Of a stretch of 32,000 nucleotides of DNA, positions 17,810 through 27,261 are shown one piece after another. Source of the stretch: Acholeplasma laidlawii PG-8A (lineage in GTDB: Bacteria; Bacillota_I; Bacilli_A; Acholeplasmatales; Acholeplasmataceae); the NCBI RefSeq assembly GCF_000018785.1, contig NC_010163.1, forward strand, positions 420,001 through 452,000, read 5' to 3'. Made by a program: the position numbers and the translations under genes. The stretch's first letter is position 1. Each line of letters opens with the position of its first letter. The notes under the pieces were generated by a model that was not told the DNA's origin, made no database searches, and saw only the letters and a program-made list of their open reading frames with translations.

Positions 17810-19662
17810 TGACAAAACAAGAAACTAAAATATTTAAAAAATCAACTACCTTTGTAAGATTGATGAAACTTGTCTATGTAAGAAATAAATTACCTTTAAT
17901 TTTAGTACTAATCTTCATGGTGGTTTCAACAATCGCCAACGTTAGTGGATTAAATACCCTACAAAACGTGATGGATGAAGCACTTCGCATGTATGAAGTA
18001 GGTAGTACAGATTTTAGTGGTGTCATTAAGTTATTAGGTATGATGGTTTTATTCTATGTAATTAATATTTCATTTACCTTTGCACACTTAAGATTGATGG
18101 TACATGTAAGTCAAAACAGCTTAGTGCATTTAAGAACGAGTTTATTTGATCACATGATGGATTTACCACTTAAGTATTTTGACTCAAATAAACACGGTGA
18201 TATCATGAGTAGATTCACTAATGACGTGGATGCAACACGTCAAATGGTATCTCAAAGTTTACCTCAGTTAACCGTATCCTTAATGTTGATGGTTGGTTAC
18301 TTTATAGCGATGGTTGCTATTTCTTGGGTACTTGGATTATTTACTTTAGTGTTTGCTGTAATTTTAATTGGTATAACTAGAATCATTAGTAAAAGAACTA
18401 GAAAGTATTTTAATGCACAACAAAAAAATACTGGCTTATTAAACGGTTATATTGAAGAAATGATCGAAGGACAAAAAGTTGTTAAAGTATTTAGACATGA
18501 ACAAGAAGCAATTGAAGGTTTTGGTCTCTTGAATGAAAAAGTAAAAGACTCAGCTAGAATTTCAATGACACGAAGTGGTATGCTCATACCAATATCCATT
18601 AATCTTGGTTTCTTAGGGTTTGCATTAACTGCAATCTTTGGAGGTATGCTTGTACTAAGCGGTTATTTATCTGTTTCTGGATTAGTCTTATATTTAATAT
18701 TTACAAGACAATTTATGGGACCAGTCAACCAAATGAGTCAGCAATTAAACTTTGTTCAAATGGCACTTGCAGGTGCAAGCCGTGTATTTGAAGTGATGGA
18801 TCTAGAAAAAGAAGTAGATGAAGGTCATGTAACTTTAACTTATGCTAAATATGAAAATAAAGAACTAATAGAATCTGATGAACCAACTGATATTTGGGCA
18901 TGGAATAATAAGGGCACACTGATTAGATTAAAAGGTGATGTGAGGTTAGATCATGTAGACTTTGGATATAGTAGCGATAAATTAGTATTAAAAGATATAT
19001 CTGTATTTGCTAAACCTGGACAAAAGATTGCATTTGTTGGTTCCACTGGTGCTGGTAAAACAACCATTACGAATCTAATTAACCGTTTTTATGAAATTAA
19101 TAATGGAATAATTACATTTGATGGTATTGATATTAAAGATATTAAAAAGTCAGCACTTAGAAAGTCTTTAGGTATTGTTTTACAAGATACGCACCTTTTC
19201 CAAACAACAGTAAGAGAAAACATTAGATATGGTAAGTTAGATGCAACGGATGAAGATGTTATTGTTGCAGCTAAACTTGCTAATGCGCATGAATTTATCT
19301 TAAAACTTCCTAATGGCTATGATACTATTATCACAGATGATGGTGCAAACTTAAGCCAAGGACAACGTCAGTTATTGTCGATTGCACGTGCTGCAATCTC
19401 AAATCCACCGGTATTAATCTTAGATGAAGCAACTTCATCCATTGATACCTATACAGAAAAATTAATCCAAGATGGTATGGATAGATTAATGACAGGTAGA
19501 ACAGTATTTGTCATTGCGCATAGACTATCTACCATTAAAAACTCAAAAGCTATCATCTTACTTGAAGATGGTAACATCATAGAACGTGGTAGTCATAATG
19601 AACTCATTGATTTAAAAGGAACTTATTATGAACTATTTACAGGTAGTTTTGAATTAGAGTAA
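17809..19662 (+). CDS. ABC multidrug-type exporter, second half
   Basis: TMD plus GSTGAGKTT Walker A, NLSQGQRQLLSIARA signature, VLILDEATSSIDT Walker B; starts at the stop of the preceding ABC gene. Confidence 0.96.
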   Translation: MTKQETKIFKKSTTFVRLMKLVYVRNKLPLILVLIFMVVSTIANVSGLNTLQNVMDEALRMYEVGSTDFSGVIKLLGMMVLFYVINISFTFAHLRLMVHVSQNSLVHLRTSLFDHMMDLPLKYFDSNKHGDIMSRFTNDVDATRQMVSQSLPQLTVSLMLMVGYFIAMVAISWVLGLFTLVFAVILIGITRIISKRTRKYFNAQQKNTGLLNGYIEEMIEGQKVVKVFRHEQEAIEGFGLLNEKVKDSARISMTRSGMLIPISINLGFLGFALTAIFGGMLVLSGYLSVSGLVLYLIFTRQFMGPVNQMSQQLNFVQMALAGASRVFEVMDLEKEVDEGHVTLTYAKYENKELIESDEPTDIWAWNNKGTLIRLKGDVRLDHVDFGYSSDKLVLKDISVFAKPGQKIAFVGSTGAGKTTITNLINRFYEINNGIITFDGIDIKDIKKSALRKSLGIVLQDTHLFQTTVRENIRYGKLDATDEDVIVAAKLANAHEFILKLPNGYDTIITDDGANLSQGQRQLLSIARAAISNPPVLILDEATSSIDTYTEKLIQDGMDRLMTGRTVFVIAHRLSTIKNSKAIILLEDGNIIERGSHNELIDLKGTYYELFTGSFELE

Positions 19663-19699
19663 AAAATAAGGAGAATATAATTATTCTCCTTTATTTTTA
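19662..19699. terminator. Bidirectional intrinsic terminator between convergent genes
   Basis: AAGGAGAAT (19668-19676) / ATTCTCCTT (19683-19691) flanked by A-run and T-run. Confidence 0.8.
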
Positions 19700-20388
19700 C
19701 CTTTAAATCGCGCCAATATCTCATCCCAGTGACGTAAAATCTTTTGTCCAATATAAAATATAATGACATAGATTGCTATCCAAATAACCCAACCCCAAAC
19801 CGTATCTAGTCGAATGAGGCTTGCACCGTATGCAGTTAAATATATAGGAATTGTTCTAGTAATAAGTAAAGTGATTGAAAAGAATCTAAATCGCATGGGT
19901 GTAATACCAGCGACCATACAAATAATGTCATCAGGAAACCCTGGAAGCAACATCGTTAAGAAAAAAACTACCTTTTCGCGACCTTTCATCATATCTAGGT
20001 ACTTATCTAACTCTTTATCACCTAATATCCAGCGAAGTAGTTTCGTACCAAATATACGGCCTACATAAAAACTAATCACACTACCAATTAATACACCAAT
20101 GATTGCAAGTGTTGCTCCTTCAAATGGACCATAAACGTAAGTACCTGCAAATATTGTAGGAATATTGGTTACGGGTATAATGGTTGTTTGAAGTAAGTTG
20201 ATGAGTATATAGATGAATTTACCTAAATTACCATAACTTTCTATCTTTTCTTTAATAAAATCAGCATCTGTAAAATACTTATTGAGTCCAAGTAAAAAAT
20301 AAAGTAGTATAAATACACCAACAATGGCTACAAGTATTATAGAAGTTATAAGTATTTTTTTCTTTGTATCTTTGTTCATCATAATCAC
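19681..20388 (-). CDS. TVP38/TMEM64 (VTT/DedA-like) family membrane protein
   Basis: TIIPVTNIPTIFAGTYVYGPFEGATLAIIGVLIGSVISFYVGRIFG..FLTMLLPGFPDDIICMVAGITPMRFRFF. Confidence 0.9.
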   Translation of the reverse strand: MIMMNKDTKKKILITSIILVAIVGVFILLYFLLGLNKYFTDADFIKEKIESYGNLGKFIYILINLLQTTIIPVTNIPTIFAGTYVYGPFEGATLAIIGVLIGSVISFYVGRIFGTKLLRWILGDKELDKYLDMMKGREKVVFFLTMLLPGFPDDIICMVAGITPMRFRFFSITLLITRTIPIYLTAYGASLIRLDTVWGWVIWIAIYVIIFYIGQKILRHWDEILARFKGKNKGE

Positions 20389-20445
20389 CTAACTTATTAT
20401 ATCAAAATTTGAGTCTGATGGGTTTGTGCCACAATTAAAGAATAA

Positions 20446-20490
20446 AAAAACTCTAACTAGACCCAAAAATTAGGTCTAGATAGAGTTTTT
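20446..20490 (-). terminator. Intrinsic terminator after fabV
   Basis: AAAAACTCTAACTAGACC / GGTCTAGATAGAGTTTTT. Confidence 0.85.
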
Positions 20491-20502
20491 AAACTATATA
20501 AA

Positions 20503-21723
20503 TTAATCTGCTAGTAAATCAAGATACTTATCAGTTTTGTAGGTTGTTTGAAGTGCGTCTAAATCAATTTCTTGATCTGTATTTACACCTGGTACATTAA
20601 ATCCGTTGATTTGGTAAAACTCATCTAAGAATAATTTAGTACCTTCTAAATCTAAGAATGATTGATCAATGTCTTTATGCATCAGTTCATTAATACGTTC
20701 TTGAAGTTTAGAATCCATTTCTAGATGGTCTAAACGGATTCGTCCGTTTTCATCTAGAATTCTGTTGTTGCCATAAATCATATCTTTAAATAATCTATGT
20801 TTATGTTCTAGTGTAGTTTCGTGTGTACCATTTTTAGTCATTTCATCAAATAGATAGGATACGTAAATTGGCATTTGAGGAATAAATACACTTGCTTTAG
20901 ATACAATAGCTTTACTTGAAGAAATTAGTGCTTCACCATTATATTTAGCTTTTAATGAAGTGTTTAATCTGTCGGCAGTAGCTTCTAAATCTAGTTTAGC
21001 TTGACCAATTGTACCAGAGCGGTAAATTGCATCCGTATTTTTTCCACCAATATATGTGTAAGAAATAGTTTTAAAATCCTTTGCTAAAACACCAGCGTTA
21101 TCTAAGTATGTTACCCAGTCACTCCAGTCTCCCCCACCCATAACAAACACAGTATCTTTTGTTTCTTGTTCTGTAGCTGGTTCAACAGTTAATGGTTCTA
21201 CATGCATCGATTTAATATCAATGGTGCGTCCTACAGCTGGCTTACCTAAAGGTTTAATAGATGAACGAATTAGTTCGCCTGTTTCAACATTTTTACGTGC
21301 ACCAGATGCTAGAGAATAAATGAGTAAATCAATTTGGCCAAATTCTTTTTGGATTTTTTCTAGAATAGCCTTTTTGGTTTCAGGGATAAATGCATCTGCA
21401 TTAAAATCAAAATGTTTTTGATTTAGATCTTTTACTGCATCCTGGAAAAATAAGTTATTCCAGTAACCAGCAGAACCTGTTTTACTACCACGTGGTATAC
21501 TTTCAAATGAAACGTTAATAGTATTTGCATCTGAAGCAAATGCTAAACTAATACGAGATGCTAGTCCGTAACCTGATGATCCTCCAATAATTAATACATT
21601 TTTAGGACCTTTATATTTAGGTAATTTTTTAACATCTTCAATATAGTTATTGACCATTTTTTGAACACCTAATGGATTTGAGTTTGTAAAGAAGTTACTA
21701 CGTATAGACGGTTTAATAATCAT
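20503..21723 (-). CDS. fabV: Trans-2-enoyl-ACP/CoA reductase, FabV/TER family
   Basis: MIIKPSIRSNFFTNSNPLG, VLIIGGSSGYGLASRI, DLLIYSLASGARK, FVMGGGDWSDWV, TYIGGKNTDAIYRSGTIGQAKLDLE (Y-x8-K). Confidence 0.96.
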   Translation of the reverse strand: MIIKPSIRSNFFTNSNPLGVQKMVNNYIEDVKKLPKYKGPKNVLIIGGSSGYGLASRISLAFASDANTINVSFESIPRGSKTGSAGYWNNLFFQDAVKDLNQKHFDFNADAFIPETKKAILEKIQKEFGQIDLLIYSLASGARKNVETGELIRSSIKPLGKPAVGRTIDIKSMHVEPLTVEPATEQETKDTVFVMGGGDWSDWVTYLDNAGVLAKDFKTISYTYIGGKNTDAIYRSGTIGQAKLDLEATADRLNTSLKAKYNGEALISSSKAIVSKASVFIPQMPIYVSYLFDEMTKNGTHETTLEHKHRLFKDMIYGNNRILDENGRIRLDHLEMDSKLQERINELMHKDIDQSFLDLEGTKLFLDEFYQINGFNVPGVNTDQEIDLDALQTTYKTDKYLDLLAD

Positions 21724-21863
21724 GATTGTCTCCTTAATTTTGGTAAAATGTTTTGAATATCAAAACTATTTATATATTATACATGAAATTTATCTTTAGT
21801 GGTAGAAAGTAGTTGTTTATTCGTTATTGGTATTTTTAATAGGGTGTTAGAAATGTATAAAAA

Positions 21864-21911
21864 AAGAACCCAAGTACTGGGTTTTGGTAAACTGGAATTG
21901 CTTGGGTTCTT
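21864..21911 (-). terminator. Intrinsic terminator after hsp20
   Basis: AAGAACCCAAG (21864-21874) / CTTGGGTTCTT (21901-21911) with T-run on the minus strand. Confidence 0.85.
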
Positions 21912-21918
21912 ATCATGG

Positions 21919-22332
21919 TTATTTAAGTTCTAAATAACGTTTTTCAGGCTCTTTTTTGGTTTCTTTTGGAAGTTCGATATGTAACATACCGTTTTCAAAA
22001 GTACCATTGATTTCATCAAGATGTAGGTTACCTACATAATAACTACGTTTCATAGTACCTTCATATCTTTCTTTTCTGATGTATTTAGTAGCTTGATCTT
22101 TGGTTTCTGAATTCTTAGAAGTATGAGCTTCTATAGTTAAGTAACCATCCTCTAAGCTTACCTTTACATCCTCTTTTTTAAATCCAGGAAGTTCTACGGA
22201 TAATGAGTAACCATTTTGTGTTTCTTTAATATCTGTTCTCATTAAGTTAGAAGTAGTCACCGGATTAAGCACATTGAAGTCTTCGAAGAAATCATCAAAG
22301 AAACTTCTATTCTTGTTCAATAAACTCAACAT
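21919..22332 (-). CDS. Hsp20/alpha-crystallin family small heat shock protein
   Basis: NGYSLSVELPGFKKEDVKVSLEDGYLTIEAHTSK..ERYEGTMKRSYYVGNLHLDEINGTFENGMLHIELPK. ATG at 22332 has a gggagtg RBS; the track ORF extends to 22422. Confidence 0.93.
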   Translation of the reverse strand: MLSLLNKNRSFFDDFFEDFNVLNPVTTSNLMRTDIKETQNGYSLSVELPGFKKEDVKVSLEDGYLTIEAHTSKNSETKDQATKYIRKERYEGTMKRSYYVGNLHLDEINGTFENGMLHIELPKETKKEPEKRYLELK

Positions 22333-22394
22333 AGTTTTTACACTCCCTTTATTTTTATTTTTGAACTTGATGTATCTTTCCAAGTCCACATATA

Positions 22395-22437
22395 GTATAT
22401 CAAATATTATTGGCACTGTCAAGTATAGAGTGCTAAT
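22395..22437 (-). promoter_or_regulatory. hsp20 promoter overlapped by CIRCE-like (HrcA) operator
   Basis: Plus strand TTGGCACTG-N9-GAGTGCTAA (22411-22437), against CIRCE TTAGCACTC-N9-GAGTGCTAA. Minus-strand -35 TTGACA (22423-22418), 17-nt spacer, -10 TATACT (22400-22395). Confidence 0.88.
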
Positions 22438-22471
22438 TTTGTGATATTTTATCGATTGTATATAAAGAAAA

Positions 22472-22494
22472 GCTCAATCCTATTTAGATTGAGC
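22472..22494 (-). terminator. Intrinsic terminator after GlcD-like gene
   Basis: GCTCAATC / GATTGAGC followed by TTTTC on the minus strand. Confidence 0.75.
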
Positions 22495-22513
22495 CTCAAT
22501 GATTATTAATGTA

Positions 22514-23857
22514 TTAAAATACTTTTCCAGGATTTAATAAGTTTTTAGGATCAAGTGCTTTTTTAATTAATTTCATCACATGGATGTTCTCTTGGTTTGT
22601 CATTTTTAGGAAATGTTCTCTCTTGAAGTAACCAACACCGTGCTCTGCAGAAATTAAACCACCTAAACGATACACTTCTTTATAGAGATCATCTAAGAAT
22701 GCATGACGTTTAGCTTGCCAAACGTCATCTGAAAGTGCATCTTTCATCATGATTGTATGGATATTACCATCACCAGAGTGACCGAAGTTTAACACTCTAA
22801 TACCATGTTTTGTTTCTAACTCTTTAGTATAACGAATCATGTCAGCAAATTTATTAATAGGTACAACTTCGTCTAACATTTCAAAGTATGTAGCGTTCAT
22901 AATACCGTAAAGAATAGAATCTCTCATTTGCCATGCTTCGGTAGCTTCTTTTTCATTTAAGAAAATTTGTTCTATAGCCTTTTTATCACCAATTTGGTGA
23001 ATTAGGTCTAATGAATTATTGATGTTTGTTAATTCATTTCCATCAACAGTTAATAAGATGTACGCTTCACCTGTTTGTGAGATGAATTTTTTATTTAAGA
23101 AGGATTCACTAAATTTGATGGATTCGCGGTCAAATAACTCAAGTGCAGCTGGTAAGATACCAGTTTTTAAAATCTCAATTACTGTATCTGTTGCTGTAAA
23201 TGGATCATTAAATGCTAATACCATTGATTTATTGAATTTAGGTTTTGGTACAAGTTTTAATGAAACTTGAGTTGTAATCCCTAAAGTACCTTCAGAACCG
23301 ATAAATAAATCTAGTAAATCATAACCTGAAGCATCTTTAATTGTTTTACCACCAAGTGCTAATTTAGTGCCATCTGCTAAGACAACATGCATGCCACGAA
23401 CGTTTTCTCTTGTAGCGCCATATTTAATTGCACGCATACCACCAGCATTGGTAGATACGTTACCACCAATAGAAGACATTTTAGAGGCAGGGTCTGGTGC
23501 ATACATTAAACCATGCTCATCAGCTATCTTTTGAACATTTTCTAGTGTGATACCAGGTTCTACAGTTAAGGTCATCGTTTCTAAATCAACTTCAACGACT
23601 TTATTCATTAAACTAACGTCGATGATTAATTCGCCACCAACTACCGGTATTTGAGAACCAGCAGCACCTGTATTTGCACCACGTGCAATAATTGGCATAT
23701 TTTGAGCATTTGCAAATTGAACTGCTTTAATAACTTCATCTTCGTTTATAGGTTTTACAACACCATAAACTTTGTTCGCACCAAAAGGGTTTTGGTATAC
23801 ATCAGGTACATCAGTACCGATAAACACTCTACTTGAATCTTGGATTATGTTTTTCAT
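22514..23857 (-). CDS. FAD-binding oxidase, GlcD / D-lactate dehydrogenase type
   Basis: PIIARGANTGAAGSQIPVVGGELIIDVSLMNKV, SSIGGNVSTNAGGMRAIKYG, GSEGTLGITTQVSLKLVPKP, NFGHSGDGNIH, GGLISAEHGVGYFKREHF; aaggag RBS. Confidence 0.93.
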   Translation of the reverse strand: MKNIIQDSSRVFIGTDVPDVYQNPFGANKVYGVVKPINEDEVIKAVQFANAQNMPIIARGANTGAAGSQIPVVGGELIIDVSLMNKVVEVDLETMTLTVEPGITLENVQKIADEHGLMYAPDPASKMSSIGGNVSTNAGGMRAIKYGATRENVRGMHVVLADGTKLALGGKTIKDASGYDLLDLFIGSEGTLGITTQVSLKLVPKPKFNKSMVLAFNDPFTATDTVIEILKTGILPAALELFDRESIKFSESFLNKKFISQTGEAYILLTVDGNELTNINNSLDLIHQIGDKKAIEQIFLNEKEATEAWQMRDSILYGIMNATYFEMLDEVVPINKFADMIRYTKELETKHGIRVLNFGHSGDGNIHTIMMKDALSDDVWQAKRHAFLDDLYKEVYRLGGLISAEHGVGYFKREHFLKMTNQENIHVMKLIKKALDPKNLLNPGKVF

Positions 23858-24012
23858 GTGAACTCCTTATATATTTTATATATAATTAATTATAATGAAT
23901 ACGCTTACTTTATTCAATTTTGAGGACTTGGATACGTAAAATATTCAAGTTATGAAAAATACTTTTAACTTATCGTAAATAAACCATAGTTAACATAAAA
24001 AAAACAAACTTG

Positions 24013-24348
24013 TTAGTTTGCTTTTTTAACAAAGTCTGATTTTAATTTCATTTGACCAAAATCTTTAATTTTACAGTCGATATCATGGCCATCTTTTGCA
24101 TCTTCAATTAACCTAATACCTGTAACTTTTGTACCTTGCTTAATCACACTCGAAGAACCTTTTACTTTAAGATCTTTAATGACGATAACATCATCACCAT
24201 CTACTAATATATTATTATTGGCATCTTTGACAGTGAACTTATTTTCACTTTCAAGTTGAGCAGGATCCCAACTATACTGACAAGCAGAACAAACCATCAT
24301 GCCGTTATCTTCATATGTATATTCAAATCCACAACTTGGACAACTCAT
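24013..24348 (-). CDS. YjdM/PhnA-like zinc-ribbon protein
   Basis: [72 protein letters not shown] at 24348 is preferred to the 195-aa track ORF because PhnA-type proteins begin at this zinc ribbon. Confidence 0.9.
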   Translation of the reverse strand: MSCPSCGFEYTYEDNGMMVCSACQYSWDPAQLESENKFTVKDANNNILVDGDDVIVIKDLKVKGSSSVIKQGTKVTGIRLIEDAKDGHDIDCKIKDFGQMKLKSDFVKKAN

Positions 24349-24520
24349 ATAAACTACACCTACCTTATAATCATTATGTTCATTCATTATACCATAATCA
24401 ATTTCGGACCCCAAATGTGGGTAAATTTGAGGATTACGCATTAAAAATATTTTATTTTTATTTTTTACCAATAAAACACACCATGTCTTTCGTATATATG
24501 GTGAAAGGTAGGAATTACAC

Positions 24521-25486
24521 ATGAAAAAAACATTTAGTATTGCATTATTAATGATTACAGCCTTAACATTAGTAGGTTGTAAATCTGAAAACTCAAACAT
24601 ACTTGAGTTTAAAAATAAAGAAAGCGTGATGGCATTTCAACTAAGTTCATCTGTTGATGTCATAGAACAAGAAACACCAGAAACAACTACAACAAATGAA
24701 GAAACTGTTGAAGTTGTAACAGAAGAACAAGTAGAAGCTGTAGAAGAGATTAGCCCATATGTGGTCATGTTTGAAAATATGTTAGCTTCAAAAAACGGGT
24801 TTAGCCATGAAACTAAACCATCAGATTTAGAAGGTTATACACATATGCAAGTCGTAACTATTCCAGACTTCGAAGGTCAATCTAATACTTATGTTATGTA
24901 TTATAATATAACTAGCAATTTAGAAGATGACAATGACGATATGGATGATGATCATGATGAAGACGATGATGACGATGATGACGATGATGATGACAAACAT
25001 GTAAGTATTAACGACATGGAAGAGGAATTTACATTTGAAGGTATCATCCAATACAAAGATCTAACCTATACTGTCTATGGTAAACAAGAACTAGAATCCG
25101 ATGAAATGGAATTAGAATTTACAACAAAAATAGATGAAAATAACTATGTTGTTGTAAAATATGAAGTTGAATCTGCAGAAATTGAATTCCAATATGAAGT
25201 GTACCGTGAAGGTAGTAAAATTTCTGAATTTAAAGTAGAATTTGAAACTGAAGATGATGAAACAAAAATAGAATTAGAATATGCATCTGATAATCAATTT
25301 GGTAAATATGAATTTGAATTAGAAGAAAAAGACGGTAAAACAGTCTTAAAAGTAGAATTTGAAACAGAACTTGATGGCGTTTTTACAAAAGGTAAAGCAT
25401 ATTACAATGTAACTTATGATGAAAATAATCAAGCACATTATGAAATCATATTTACAAAACAAAGTGATCAAAGTCTAGAAGACTAA
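24521..25486 (+). CDS. Putative lipoprotein with poly-Asp region and repetitive beta-rich domain
   Basis: Signal peptide with lipobox [20 protein letters not shown]; acidic tract [17 protein letters not shown]; C-terminal domain similar to the 26037-27173 product. Confidence 0.88.
   Translation: MKKTFSIALLMITALTLVGCKSENSNILEFKNKESVMAFQLSSSVDVIEQETPETTTTNEETVEVVTEEQVEAVEEISPYVVMFENMLASKNGFSHETKPSDLEGYTHMQVVTIPDFEGQSNTYVMYYNITSNLEDDNDDMDDDHDEDDDDDDDDDDDKHVSINDMEEEFTFEGIIQYKDLTYTVYGKQELESDEMELEFTTKIDENNYVVVKYEVESAEIEFQYEVYREGSKISEFKVEFETEDDETKIELEYASDNQFGKYEFELEEKDGKTVLKVEFETELDGVFTKGKAYYNVTYDENNQAHYEIIFTKQSDQSLED
24924..24994 (+). repeat. GAY-rich low-complexity tract encoding poly-Asp
   Basis: Near-uninterrupted (GAT/GAC)n within the lipoprotein gene. 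Confidence 0.85.
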
Positions 25487-25531
25487 GTATAAACATGGTA
25501 TCATCGTATATAGATAAAGAAGGGCATTTTT

Positions 25532-26056
25532 ATGAAACTTGATCAAGACGCAATCGATAAACTAAAAAATGGCGATGATACAACATTTGAAAAACTATAC
25601 CATGACACCAAACGCGGTGTCTATGGTATCGTCTTTTCTATTTTAAGAGATCACGATAAAACCGCTGATGTACTTCAAGATGTCTATATGAAGGTGTTAA
25701 TCAAAATTAACCAGTATAAAGTAGGCACAAACTTTAATAGTTGGATTATGCAAATAGCGAAAAATTATGCAATTGATATTTATAGGCAAGAAAAGAAACA
25801 TACCCATATAGAAGATGAAGTTCTAGAACAGGTAGTATCAGAAGATAGGGATTTACCTGATGAAAAATCAAAAATACTTATGATGCTTGATAACTTAACT
25901 GAAGATGAGCGGATAGTGATTATATTAAAGGTGTTAGATGATTTAACACATAAAGAAATTTCTAAAATTATCGATAAACCAATTGGCACAGTACTCTGGC
26001 TATACCAAAAAGGTTTAGATAAATTAAAAGATTATTATGGTGAATATGATGCGTAA
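25532..26056 (+). CDS. ECF-family RNA polymerase sigma factor
   Basis: Region 2: FEKLYHDTKRGVYGIVFSILRDHDKTADVLQDVYMKVLIKINQYKVGTNFNSWIMQIAKNYAIDIYRQEKK. Region 4: LDNLTEDERIVIILKVLDDLTHKEISKIIDKPIGTVLWLYQKGLDKLK. Confidence 0.93.
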   Translation: MKLDQDAIDKLKNGDDTTFEKLYHDTKRGVYGIVFSILRDHDKTADVLQDVYMKVLIKINQYKVGTNFNSWIMQIAKNYAIDIYRQEKKHTHIEDEVLEQVVSEDRDLPDEKSKILMMLDNLTEDERIVIILKVLDDLTHKEISKIIDKPIGTVLWLYQKGLDKLKDYYGEYDA

Positions 26057-27173
26057 AAAAGATATGTTAAACTCAATTAAATCAGATATAGAATCTCATA
26101 TTCCAAAAGATGCACCTAAAATGGATTATGCACTTATAAGTGCATTAAGAGCTGAGGAAGATTTAGGACAAGAAAGCCTTCCTAAGCGTTTTAGAATGCC
26201 TATATTTAATTTAAAAATGGTCATGAGTGTTTTACTTATATCCATTATTGCTGTAGGTATTTGGGTACTTAATACACCTAAAGGCATAAGTGAAGTAGAA
26301 CTACCGTCTGGTAAGGACATTCTAGAACAAGAAATGAATGTATTACCATTATCATTTTTATCTAATGCTTCACTTTTACCATCTGCAAAAGATCGAAATA
26401 TCAACCAAAATCTATCCTTAAATCTAAACACAAACCTTACTGATGTTTCCCCGATGGATGATTTAAAACCATTCTTAAGTCTTGTAGAATCTATTTTAAA
26501 TGGTAAGACTAAACCTGTTGTAGAGGTTAAAGTTTCCACCAATCCAGAATATGAAACCTATGTAGTTGTTCAAACATCAGATTTACTTGGTATGGGTTTT
26601 AGTTATGAATTATATTACAATGTAAAATCATTTGATAAAAAAGATGATAACACTACTTTTAGTATTGAAGGTATCATGATTAAAGATGGTTTAAACTATA
26701 CCATGTATGGTAAAAAAGAAGTAGAGTCTGATGAAGAGACCATCACAATCAGAAGTTATCTTGATGATGTAACTTATATTGAAACAATCTATGAAACAGA
26801 TACAGAAGAATCTGAGTATACCATTAAGCATGTAAAAAACAATCAAACTATTTATGAATCTGTCCTTCAAATTGAAAGTGATGAAGAAGAGTTTGAAATT
26901 GAATTAGAAATATATACAGCTTCTACAAAATCTGTTTATAAAATGAGTTATGAACTAGATGAAGATGAACCTGTAATTGAAATAGAGTTTGAAATAGAAG
27001 AACTTATAACTGGAAATAAAAAATCTGGTGAAATGTCTATATACATACGTATAGACGATGTCACCAACATGAGTCATTATGAGGTCTTTATTACGACAGA
27101 AGATGAAAGTTATGAAGAAACATATGATAGAGATGATCATGAAGATGATGACGAAGATGACTTAAGTATTTAA
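26037..27173 (+). CDS. Putative single-TM anti-sigma factor with lipoprotein-like ectodomain
   Basis: Overlaps the sigma gene. Short cytosolic N-terminus, TM MVMSVLLISIIAVGIWVL, ectodomain YYNVKSF..FSIEGIMIKDGLNYTMYGKKEVESDE resembling the lipoprotein's [33 protein letters not shown]. In-frame ATGs also at 26046 and 26049. Confidence 0.75.
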   Translation: MVNMMRKKDMLNSIKSDIESHIPKDAPKMDYALISALRAEEDLGQESLPKRFRMPIFNLKMVMSVLLISIIAVGIWVLNTPKGISEVELPSGKDILEQEMNVLPLSFLSNASLLPSAKDRNINQNLSLNLNTNLTDVSPMDDLKPFLSLVESILNGKTKPVVEVKVSTNPEYETYVVVQTSDLLGMGFSYELYYNVKSFDKKDDNTTFSIEGIMIKDGLNYTMYGKKEVESDEETITIRSYLDDVTYIETIYETDTEESEYTIKHVKNNQTIYESVLQIESDEEEFEIELEIYTASTKSVYKMSYELDEDEPVIEIEFEIEELITGNKKSGEMSIYIRIDDVTNMSHYEVFITTEDESYEETYDRDDHEDDDEDDLSI

Positions 27174-27183
27174 TTAAAGATGA

Positions 27184-27212
27184 AAACTTGATTTAGGTCA
27201 AGTTTTTATTTT
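27184..27212 (+). terminator. Intrinsic terminator after the sigma/anti-sigma operon
   Basis: AAACTTGA / TCAAGTTT then T-rich run. Confidence 0.85.
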
Positions 27213-27261
27213 TATGTTCATACTATAATAAGGGTGTAGAATAAGAAAAGAGGTATGAACA

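Noticed and set aside
16055-19662. ABC gene pair considered as a peptide/bacteriocin exporter system
   Set aside because: No N-terminal peptidase domain and no small precursor gene nearby; MarR linkage fits an ordinary heterodimeric drug exporter.
24349-24600. N-terminal extension of ORF 24013-24600, plus ORFs 24256-24444 and 24315-24524
   Set aside because: The YjdM/PhnA-like protein begins naturally at MSCPSC (24348). The extension overlaps the divergent lipoprotein gene and upstream regulatory sequence.
25780-27140. Antisense ORFs 25780-25989, 26126-26542 and 26955-27140 in the sigma/anti-sigma region; no evidence for a toxin-antitoxin pair
   Set aside because: Compositional artefacts lacking RBS or family resemblance; the sense-strand genes have clear domains.
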